This document shows, piece by piece, positions 18,945-29,174 of a DNA stretch of 64,000 bases. The DNA is from an uncultured Pelagibacteraceae bacterium (GTDB lineage: Bacteria > Pseudomonadota > Alphaproteobacteria > Pelagibacterales > AG-422-B15). The stretch covers positions 894 to 64,893 of the forward strand of contig CABYGA010000003.1 of the NCBI GenBank assembly GCA_902518415.1, written 5' to 3'. The position numbers and the translations under genes are program-made. The notes beneath the pieces are model-generated. The model worked only from the letters and a program-made list of their open reading frames with translations, did not search any database and was not told the DNA's origin. Every line of letters begins with the position of its first letter. Position 1 is the first letter of the stretch.

Positions 18945-20087
18945 ATGAGTCATAATCCATCTATATCGTCGTTGAAAAAGAATGCTAAGTCAATACTTGT
19001 TGATTGGAGTGATGGTGAGCAAAGTAAGTTTAATTTTTTATGGTTAAGAGATAATTGTCCATCAGAGGTTCATCCAACTGCAAGAGAGAGAACTTTCAAC
19101 CTACTAACAGTTACAGATGATATTCATCCAAAGTCTTATAAAGTAAATGATAAAGGTGAGCTTGAGATTGAATGGAGTGAGGGTGATCATACAAGTTACT
19201 ATGGCAATGATTGGCTAAGACATAATTGCTATACACTTAACAGTAAAAAAAAATATATATCACCATATTTTCTATGGGATCAAAGCATGGAGTCAAATTT
19301 TGAAGATATTCAAATAGACTATGAAGAAATTATTAGTGGAGATGATGGAATAAAAAAGTGGCTTGAGCAACTTCACTACAAAGGCATTTCTATTGTGAAA
19401 AACGCGCCTACAGAAAAGGAGTCTGGATTTGATGTAATTGCTAATATTAGTCACCATAGAGAAACATTTTTTAAAACACCTTTTGAAGTTATTGATATTC
19501 CTAATCCAAATAATTCTGCTTATACCGCAGCCGCGTTAAGAAATCATTTGGATCTCCCATACTATGAAATAGCACCAGGATATCAATTCTTGCATTGTCT
19601 GATTAACAATGCCACTGGAGGTGAGTCTGTCGCAGTCGATGGATTTAAAGTTGCTAGTTATATGAAAGAAAATTTTACTGAATTCTTTGAAACTCTCTTG
19701 GAAACTCCTGTAAAATTTGTAAATAGAGATTATACTTCAAATGCTATAAGAGTAATGCATAAGCCTCTATTTTCCTTAGATCACAATAATGATTTTAATG
19801 ATATAAGATTTAGTGTTGCTTATATGGGGGTCATGGACTGTGACCCCGACCAAATGGATAAGTTTTACGAAGCTTACCGAAAACTAATTGCCTTACTTCA
19901 CGATCCAATATTTGAAATAAATTTCAAACTTAAAGCTGGAGATATATTCAGTTTTAATAATAGAAGGGTGCTTCACGGTCGAAAAGAATACGATGCTAAT
20001 TCTGGTGAAAGACACCTGCAGGGATATTATATTGATAGAGATGAAATAATAGGAAGACTTAACTTTCTAAATAAAATTAATCCTTAG
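18945..20087 (+). CDS. gamma-butyrobetaine dioxygenase-like 2OG-Fe(II) dioxygenase, paralog 2
   Basis: 380 aa. It has a DUF971-like N-domain (FLWLRDNCPSEVHP), HxD in RNHLDLPYYE, a distal His in RVLHGRKEY, and HLQGYYIDRDE. Confidence 0.7.
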   Translation: MSHNPSISSLKKNAKSILVDWSDGEQSKFNFLWLRDNCPSEVHPTARERTFNLLTVTDDIHPKSYKVNDKGELEIEWSEGDHTSYYGNDWLRHNCYTLNSKKKYISPYFLWDQSMESNFEDIQIDYEEIISGDDGIKKWLEQLHYKGISIVKNAPTEKESGFDVIANISHHRETFFKTPFEVIDIPNPNNSAYTAAALRNHLDLPYYEIAPGYQFLHCLINNATGGESVAVDGFKVASYMKENFTEFFETLLETPVKFVNRDYTSNAIRVMHKPLFSLDHNNDFNDIRFSVAYMGVMDCDPDQMDKFYEAYRKLIALLHDPIFEINFKLKAGDIFSFNNRRVLHGRKEYDANSGERHLQGYYIDRDEIIGRLNFLNKINP

Positions 20088-21102
20088 ATCTTCTCAAGAT
20101 TTCAGCAATATTATTCTTAGAAATAACACCCACAAAATTTTTATCATTATCGAGTACATTAAGACCCGACTCACTTTCAAGCATAGTTGGTAGGCAGTTT
20201 TCAATACTTTCATCGACCATTACTGATGGATTAGACTCATTCATATTTCCATCTATGTTCATAATAGATCCAATTTTCAATACTTTAATTCGGTTCACAT
20301 CTTTTACGAAATTGGAAACATACTCATCAGCAGGATTGAGTAGGATTTCTTCGGCGTTACCATCTTGAACAAGTTTTCCACCATTTAGGATGGCAATTCT
20401 ATCGCCTAATTTAAGAGCCTCATCTAAATCATGAGTTATAAAAATAATTGTTTTTTTTAGATTTTTTTGTAAATCTAGAAGCTGGTCTTGCATATCTGTC
20501 CTTATAAGTGGGTCCAGTGCGCTAAATGCTTCATCCATTAATAGAATATCAGGATCTATCGCAAGTGCTCGAGCTAGCCCAACTCTTTGCTGCATGCCAC
20601 CTGATAATTGATTTGGAAATTTATTTTCAAACCCTGTGAGTCCCACTTTTTCAATCCAATACATTGCTTTGTCCTTCGACTCTGATCTGTCTAAATTTTT
20701 TATACTTAGTCCAAATTGAACATTGTCTAATATGTTATGATGAGGAAAAAGAGCAAATCTCTGAAATACCATGCCTGTTTTATTTCTTCTAAACTCAAGT
20801 AAATCTGCTTTATTCAGTTTAGTTATATCTTCTCCGTCGACTAATACCGTTCCTTCTGTTGGCTCTATCAAACGATTAATATGACGAATAAGAGTTGATT
20901 TTCCTGAACCAGATAAACCCATCACAACTTGAATAGATTGTTCTTTTATATCTAAATTTATATTGTCGAGTCCCAACACATGATTATATTTTGCGAGAAG
21001 CTCATCTTTATCAATCCCACTTTTTACTTTATCAGTGTATTCTTTGGCCCTAGGTCCAAATATTTTATATAATTTTTCAATTTTGATTTTAACTTCACTC
21101 AT
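20077..21102 (-). CDS. proV: glycine betaine/proline-type ABC transporter ATP-binding protein
   Basis: Walker A GLSGSGKST, signature LSGGMQQRVGLARA and Walker B ILLMDEAFSALD, plus a short CBS-like tail. I prefer the ATG at 21102 (MSEVKIKIEKLYKIFG), which overlaps the proW stop as ATGAGTGA. The ORF is open up to 21159. Confidence 0.85.
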   Translation of the reverse strand: MSEVKIKIEKLYKIFGPRAKEYTDKVKSGIDKDELLAKYNHVLGLDNINLDIKEQSIQVVMGLSGSGKSTLIRHINRLIEPTEGTVLVDGEDITKLNKADLLEFRRNKTGMVFQRFALFPHHNILDNVQFGLSIKNLDRSESKDKAMYWIEKVGLTGFENKFPNQLSGGMQQRVGLARALAIDPDILLMDEAFSALDPLIRTDMQDQLLDLQKNLKKTIIFITHDLDEALKLGDRIAILNGGKLVQDGNAEEILLNPADEYVSNFVKDVNRIKVLKIGSIMNIDGNMNESNPSVMVDESIENCLPTMLESESGLNVLDNDKNFVGVISKNNIAEILRRSKD

Positions 21103-21991
21103 TAGCGCCTGCTCTATGCTGCTGCATTCTTTTACCATAAGATTGGGATACTCTGTCAAATATAATTGCTAGTGCGACGATGGCTAAACCATTAAGTAAT
21201 CCCATTGTAAAGTATTGATTAGTTATTGCCTTTAAAACTGGTTGACCGAGACCCTTAACACCAATCATTGAAGCAATCACAACCATGGCTAGCGCCATCA
21301 TAATTGTTTGATTAATACCGGCAAAAATTGTAGGCAGGGCTAAAGGGAGCTGTACTCTAAATAGTTTTTGCATTCTGTTAGCTCCAAAGGCGTCAGCTGC
21401 TTCTAGTACCTCTTTATTGACTTCTCTTATTCCTAAATCAGTGAGTCTAATCACTGGAGGTATCGCATAAATAATAACAGCTAATAAACCTGGAATTTTT
21501 CCAATACCTAGCAACATAACAACAGGAATAAGGTAAACAAAGCTAGGCATGGTTTGCATGATATCCAATATTGGGGTAATCATTGCTCTTGCTCTATCAC
21601 TGCCAGACATAAGGATACCAACAGGAATTCCAAATCCAATAGTCAGCGCAGTACAAACACCAATGATACTTACTGTAGACATAGTATCATCCCACATTCC
21701 AAAGTAACCAATGAACAAAAACGCAAATAATGATCCAATAGTCAGGTAAATACTTCTACTGCCAAGATATACTAAGGCCAGTAGAGCAAGTATTACAAGA
21801 GGCCAGGGTGAATTATGCAGAAGCTTCTCAAACCAAACTAAGAAATAAAGAACTGGATCAAAAACAGCTTCTATAGCATCACCGTATTTTGCAGAAAAAC
21901 TTCTATAAGCACCATCAACTGACTTTTTAAAAAGCCTTAGACTTTCAGAGCTCATTTCAGGGAATGAAGTAAAAAATTCTATCAAGTTCAT
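21095..21991 (-). CDS. proW: glycine betaine/proline-type ABC transporter permease
   Basis: 298 aa and multi-TM, with an EAA-like loop EAADAFGANRMQKLFRVQLPLA typical of ProW/OpuAB permeases. Confidence 0.85.
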   Translation of the reverse strand: MNLIEFFTSFPEMSSESLRLFKKSVDGAYRSFSAKYGDAIEAVFDPVLYFLVWFEKLLHNSPWPLVILALLALVYLGSRSIYLTIGSLFAFLFIGYFGMWDDTMSTVSIIGVCTALTIGFGIPVGILMSGSDRARAMITPILDIMQTMPSFVYLIPVVMLLGIGKIPGLLAVIIYAIPPVIRLTDLGIREVNKEVLEAADAFGANRMQKLFRVQLPLALPTIFAGINQTIMMALAMVVIASMIGVKGLGQPVLKAITNQYFTMGLLNGLAIVALAIIFDRVSQSYGKRMQQHRAGANE

Positions 21992-21994
21992 CTT

Positions 21995-22028
21995 AAAAAA
22001 AAAGCGGGCTAAAAAGAAATTAGCCCGC
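21995..22028 (-). terminator. intrinsic terminator/attenuator between proX and proW
   Basis: The minus-strand RNA reads GCGGGCUA-AUUUCUUUU-UAGCCCGC followed by U9, ending 3 nt before the proW AUG. Confidence 0.7.
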
Positions 22029-22040
22029 TGTTATCAGCTG

Positions 22041-23057
22041 TTATATAGCTGCTTCTATTAGTTTACGCGTATCAGCATCAACCCAATCATGCCACTCACT
22101 ATAATTTTTTAAGAAGTATAGTGCAGCATCCTCACCAGAGGCTTGTTGATCTGCCATCCAAGCTAACACTTCGTTAACAGTTGTGTTTGGCAACGCTCGC
22201 TTCTCCATGTAGTCCATGGCACCACTGCCCGCTTGATTTTTAAAGCGATCTGTTACGTAAGTGAAGACCTCAGATAAAACCCAAGAATTCTTTTTTGGAT
22301 TTCCACAGTCTTGAGATGTGCAATTAGCCCATTCATCAGCATCAAACGGAACTCCAAAATCTAGTCTTTTCATTGGATACTTTCCAAGAATTGCTGTTGG
22401 GGCCCAATAATAACCCATCCAACCTTGTTTTTTATTATACGCTTCAGCAATTGAACCATCTAAACCAGCTCCAGAACCAGGGTCAACAAGTCTAAAGCCT
22501 TTAGACTCTGCTTCAAACGCCTTAAACAAATTGCCAGTACTTATTTGACAGTTCCAACCAGACGGACAAGTGTGAAGAGCTCCGTCACCACCTTCAGGGT
22601 GAGGAAATAATTCAGGTCTAGCAAGCGCATCCTCAACGGTCTGAATGTCAGGATTAGCGTCAGCTAAATACTGAGGAATCCACCAGCCTTCTTCACCATA
22701 ACTTGAAAGAACCATAGCACCATAATGAAGCTTGCCTTCATCAACAGCTTTATCAAGTTCAATTCTATTCGCATTTGCCCACATTTCAGGCGCAACATCT
22801 GGCTCCCCTTTAGAAACCATTGACGCAGTTGTTGGTTGTGTTGAACCAGGGACTAACTCGACATCACATCCAAATCCCTTTTCTAAAACAACTTTATCTA
22901 AATTAGCAAACATTTCTGCTGATGCCCAATCCATTTCAGCAACCGAAATGGTACCACAGTCAGAAACTTCTTGATTTCTGTCACAACTGACAGCAAAGAT
23001 CATCGCAAAACCTATAAGGAATACTGCAATAACCGATTTTCTCGAGAATAAACTCAT
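22041..23057 (-). CDS. proX: quaternary-amine (glycine betaine-type) ABC transporter substrate-binding lipoprotein
   Basis: 338 aa. The signal peptide carries a lipobox (FAVSC). It is an OpuAC/ProX-like Trp-rich protein (MDWASAEMF, EMWANA, GWWIPQY, GYYWAP). Confidence 0.8.
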   Translation of the reverse strand: MSLFSRKSVIAVFLIGFAMIFAVSCDRNQEVSDCGTISVAEMDWASAEMFANLDKVVLEKGFGCDVELVPGSTQPTTASMVSKGEPDVAPEMWANANRIELDKAVDEGKLHYGAMVLSSYGEEGWWIPQYLADANPDIQTVEDALARPELFPHPEGGDGALHTCPSGWNCQISTGNLFKAFEAESKGFRLVDPGSGAGLDGSIAEAYNKKQGWMGYYWAPTAILGKYPMKRLDFGVPFDADEWANCTSQDCGNPKKNSWVLSEVFTYVTDRFKNQAGSGAMDYMEKRALPNTTVNEVLAWMADQQASGEDAALYFLKNYSEWHDWVDADTRKLIEAAI

Positions 23058-23160
23058 TCATAACTCCCATTTTTTATTTTTAGTATGAACTAATTGAAAC
23101 ATAAATCCATCCTACTATCTAGGTAAAAAGGGCGAAATTTTAATAGTTTATAGGAAAATT

Positions 23161-24057
23161 CTAAGCTACTGATTTATATAATTTATTTCCAGCATATATC
23201 TCAATCAATGGAGCACTCATAACAAATACCGCACCAATAAATTCTCTCATTGTAATAATTTCATTGGCTAATAGATATGCAGATATTATGCCAATAACAA
23301 CTTCGAACATTAGTAGAATACCAGCTTTACCTGGATCTACTTGATCTTGGCCGAAAGTAATAAGCCAATATCCAGGGAGCAACCAAATAAAAGCGAATAT
23401 TAAAATTATTATATAAGTATTAGATATTATCTCAGTATTGAAACCTATGAGCACTTGTCCATCAGGCAAAAGAGTTGCAATGATAACAAATAATCCCCCA
23501 ATGAGTATGAAGATTGAAGTCCCAAAGTTAACATCCAATTCCTTATTAATTCTGATTATAGTTGCACAAACTGACCACAAAAACCCAGAAGTTATACCGA
23601 ATAAATCAGCAAGAGAAGTTGGCAAAATATTACCTTTGTCCAGCCCTGTTATAATAAAAAGACCAGTGAATCCGGCTGCTATAGAAAAGGCCCTATATAT
23701 AGTTAAAGGAGTTCTTAAAAATACGATCTCAATAATTGTACTCCAAACAGCTGTAAGATAGAAAAATATTAAAATCCTTGCCACGTTCCCACGTAATAAT
23801 CCTTCATTGTATAGACACATTGCAGCCGCACCTGCGGTCGCTGCAACTATCGTAAGTATTATATTTTTTTTTGTTAATAAATGTACGTTTCGAAGTGAAA
23901 AACTTAAAAGAAAAAAGCCAGCAAGCATAAAGCTTAATGTTAGTGGTATCGCATTATTGTTTGCATACTCATTTAATAAACGCAAAGGATACCACCATGT
24001 GCCCCAGAGCAGAGTAGATAATACTATTGCTAAACTTGGATTTAAGTTTTTTAACAT
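23161..24057 (-). CDS. EamA/DMT-family transporter
   Basis: 298 aa, about 10 predicted TM helices, with the duplicated EamA-like architecture. Confidence 0.7.
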   Translation of the reverse strand: MLKNLNPSLAIVLSTLLWGTWWYPLRLLNEYANNNAIPLTLSFMLAGFFLLSFSLRNVHLLTKKNIILTIVAATAGAAAMCLYNEGLLRGNVARILIFFYLTAVWSTIIEIVFLRTPLTIYRAFSIAAGFTGLFIITGLDKGNILPTSLADLFGITSGFLWSVCATIIRINKELDVNFGTSIFILIGGLFVIIATLLPDGQVLIGFNTEIISNTYIIILIFAFIWLLPGYWLITFGQDQVDPGKAGILLMFEVVIGIISAYLLANEIITMREFIGAVFVMSAPLIEIYAGNKLYKSVA

Positions 24058-24102
24058 TATCTAATGTTGTACTATAAATATAATATTTGATAAAATCATT
24101 TC

Positions 24103-25695
24103 ATGAAATTAAATAACTTTGATTATATTATAATTGGAGCTGGTAGTGCTGGTTGTGTACTAGCCAATCGCCTTTCATCAAATAAAGCTATTAATGTCCT
24201 GCTAATAGAATCTGGACCTTCAGACAATACTTGGAAGACTACAATGCCTGCAGCACTGCTTTATACAATGCACGATCCAAAATATAATTATCTTTATGAG
24301 TCTGAGCCAGAGCCATTTATGCATAATAGGACTATGTTCTGCCCCAGGGGCAAGATGTTGGGAGGAAGTTCCTCACACAATGGTATGGTTCATGTAAGAG
24401 GCAATGCAAATGATTTCGATAACTGGGGACAGTTGGGTTTAACAGATTGGACTTACGATAAAGTTTTACCCTATTTTAAAAAATCTGAGTCAGTTGAGGG
24501 TTTAGACTCAAATTTTCGAGGAGAGTCGGGACCATTAAAACTTTCAAGATCGCCCAATGGCAATATTCTTAGTCAAGTTTATTTAAATGCCGCTCAACAA
24601 GCTGGATATCAAATCAATAATGATATGAATGGTGAAAGACAAGAAGGTTTTGGATTAATGGATACAACTATTTTTAATGGAAAGAGGCAAAGTACAAGCG
24701 TTACTTATCTTCATCCAATAAAGCACAGATCTAACTTGGAGATATTAACAAACGTAACTGTAAATAAGATACTATTTGAGGATAAAAAAGCTGTTGGGGT
24801 TGAATGCAAGGCGAATGGTGAAAATAAAAAATATTTTTCAAGCAAAGAGGTCCTTCTTTCTGCTGGGGCTATAAATTCACCTCAACTACTTATGCTATCT
24901 GGAATTGGTCCAGAAAATGAATTATCAAAATATAGCATTGAGCCAGTAGAGTGTTTGGAGGGAGTTGGGAAAAACTTGCAAGACCATCTTGAAACCTATG
25001 TTCAATATAAATGTAAAAAGCCTGTAACACTGCACAGTGCTCAGAACCCATTAAAAATGGCATTGATAGGTGCTGAATGGTTTTTGTTTAAGACAGGTGT
25101 TGCTGCACACTCTAATCTAGAAACAGGTGGATTTGTGAGGAGCAATGAAATGTCTGATTATCCAAATATGCAATTCCATTTTTTTCCATCTTTAGTTTTA
25201 GATCATGGTAGAAAGAGCACTACCTGCCATGCTTTTCAAGCACATGTTGGACCGATGCGACCTACTAGCAGAGGATCAGTAAAATTAAAATCAGCTAATC
25301 CAAACGATGCGCCTTCAATCCAATTCAATTACATGCAAACTGAACATGATCTTAGAGAAATGCGAGAAGGAATAAAAATTGCAAGGGAGATATTTAATCA
25401 AAAAGAATTCGATGAATATAGAGGAGAAGAAATCTCTCCAGGAAGTGATATAAACAATGATGAAGATCTGAATAATTTTATAAGAGATAAAGGAGATACT
25501 GCATACCATCCATCATGTACGTGTAAAATGGGTAAAGATAATTTATCAGTTGTAGACGAGGAGCTGAAAGTATACGGAATAGATGGATTGAGAGTCATAG
25601 ATGCATCTATTATGCCTAATATTATTACGGGTAATCTGAACGCATCAACAGTAATGATTGCTGAAAAGGCGTCTGACTCAATTATAAATAATTAA
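24103..25695 (+). CDS. betA: choline dehydrogenase (GMC oxidoreductase)
   Basis: 530 aa. It has FAD motif DYIIIGAGSAGCVLANRLS, GMC signatures GKMLGGSSSHNGMVHVRG and SAGAINSPQLLMLSGIG, and C-terminal HPSCTCKMG. Confidence 0.8.
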   Translation: MKLNNFDYIIIGAGSAGCVLANRLSSNKAINVLLIESGPSDNTWKTTMPAALLYTMHDPKYNYLYESEPEPFMHNRTMFCPRGKMLGGSSSHNGMVHVRGNANDFDNWGQLGLTDWTYDKVLPYFKKSESVEGLDSNFRGESGPLKLSRSPNGNILSQVYLNAAQQAGYQINNDMNGERQEGFGLMDTTIFNGKRQSTSVTYLHPIKHRSNLEILTNVTVNKILFEDKKAVGVECKANGENKKYFSSKEVLLSAGAINSPQLLMLSGIGPENELSKYSIEPVECLEGVGKNLQDHLETYVQYKCKKPVTLHSAQNPLKMALIGAEWFLFKTGVAAHSNLETGGFVRSNEMSDYPNMQFHFFPSLVLDHGRKSTTCHAFQAHVGPMRPTSRGSVKLKSANPNDAPSIQFNYMQTEHDLREMREGIKIAREIFNQKEFDEYRGEEISPGSDINNDEDLNNFIRDKGDTAYHPSCTCKMGKDNLSVVDEELKVYGIDGLRVIDASIMPNIITGNLNASTVMIAEKASDSIINN

Positions 25696-25964
25696 TTAAT
25701 TTCAGTAATAATTTGGTTTTTCTTAGAGTCATAAATGTATACCGGACCATCAAAACATTTAAGCAATATTTTTTGATCTCCGAGTTTAATAACTTCCTCG
25801 ATACCTGATGTTCCACATGTACTATGAAATTCAGTATCAGTAGTATTTTCGAAAAAATCTACATTTCTTGATCTTTCAATAACTGTTGTGATTACCACGG
25901 TTGTACCAACAATAATTAAAAATCCTAAAAAAATAACTATGAATAGTAATATTCTCTGGTTCAT
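25692..25964 (-). CDS. hypothetical membrane-anchored protein
   Basis: 90 aa with one N-terminal TM helix (ILLFIVIFLGFLIIVGTTVVITTV). I recognised no family. Its end overlaps betA by 4 nt. Confidence 0.4.
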   Translation of the reverse strand: MNQRILLFIVIFLGFLIIVGTTVVITTVIERSRNVDFFENTTDTEFHSTCGTSGIEEVIKLGDQKILLKCFDGPVYIYDSKKNQIITEIN

Positions 25965-25978
25965 TTAAAATACTATTA

Positions 25979-26950
25979 ATGATCTATGAATATAAAGTCA
26001 ATAATATCAAGTATAACGGGGTAAGACTTGATAAATACATTTCATTAGAACTGACTCATCTGAGTCGATCAAAAATTAAGCTTTTAATAAATAATAAAAT
26101 GGTATTAGTGAATGGCAAATGGGAAGATCCGGACTATAAAATTTCTCTTAAAGATAAAATTAAAGTTACAGAAGAAATTAAAAATGAAACTTCTTTAAAA
26201 AGTGAAAAAATTGACCTTAATGTTGTTTACGAAGATGAAGATTTAATAGTAATTGATAAACCTGCTGGCATCGTAATGCATCCGGGTGCTGGCAACAAAT
26301 CAGGTACCATTGTAAATGCTTTAATCAACCATTGTGGGAATAGTTTAAAATTTGTAGGAGACTCCCAAAGACCTGGGATAGTTCACCGAATAGATAAAGA
26401 TACAAGTGGACTCGTTGTTGTGGCAAAAAATGACTTTAGTCACCAACACCTTTCACTTCAATTTGCTGATCATTCCATTAGAAGAGAATACATGGCTGTC
26501 TGCTGGGGATCAATAAAACCCGCAAGTGGAAAAATATCGTCTTTAATTTCAAGAAGTAATAAAAATAGAACAAAAATGATGAGCTCTAAGATAAAGGGTA
26601 AAGAAGCAATAACGAATTATAAAACCATTGAAAACTTAAAAAACAGTAAAGGTAATACAATTGCAAGTGTAATTGAATGTAAGCTTCATACTGGCAGGAC
26701 TCATCAAATTAGAGTTCATATGACTGACAAGGGTCATCCTCTCATAGGAGATAAGACCTATGGAAGATCCCCTCAAAGTAAGCTGAAACAATTATCAGAT
26801 AGTGCAATTTCTGCGATTAATGCACTGCCAGGGCAAGCTCTGCATGCCAAGAGTCTTGGCTTTGTTCATCCTCACAAAGAAAAAATTCAATTATTTCAGT
26901 CAGTTATCCCAGATTACTTGAGCAATTTAATAAATTCTATTAAAAGCTGA
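25979..26950 (+). CDS. rluD: 23S rRNA pseudouridine synthase, RluA/RluD family
   Basis: 323 aa with an S4-like N-domain, the catalytic motif GIVHRIDKDTSGLVVVAK, and HTGRTHQIRVHM. Confidence 0.85.
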   Translation: MIYEYKVNNIKYNGVRLDKYISLELTHLSRSKIKLLINNKMVLVNGKWEDPDYKISLKDKIKVTEEIKNETSLKSEKIDLNVVYEDEDLIVIDKPAGIVMHPGAGNKSGTIVNALINHCGNSLKFVGDSQRPGIVHRIDKDTSGLVVVAKNDFSHQHLSLQFADHSIRREYMAVCWGSIKPASGKISSLISRSNKNRTKMMSSKIKGKEAITNYKTIENLKNSKGNTIASVIECKLHTGRTHQIRVHMTDKGHPLIGDKTYGRSPQSKLKQLSDSAISAINALPGQALHAKSLGFVHPHKEKIQLFQSVIPDYLSNLINSIKS

Positions 26951-26987
26951 GCATTGAAAATAAGCACATAAGTACCATATCTAATAT

Positions 26988-29167
<2,180 letters not shown>

Positions 29168-29174
29168 CTAAATA

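Noticed and set aside
21103-21159. Longer proV start (ORF-track ATG at 21159), giving a 65-nt overlap with proW
   Set aside because: The extra 19 residues are not part of the conserved ABC N-terminus. The ATG at 21102 gives the typical ATGAGTGA coupling with the proW stop.
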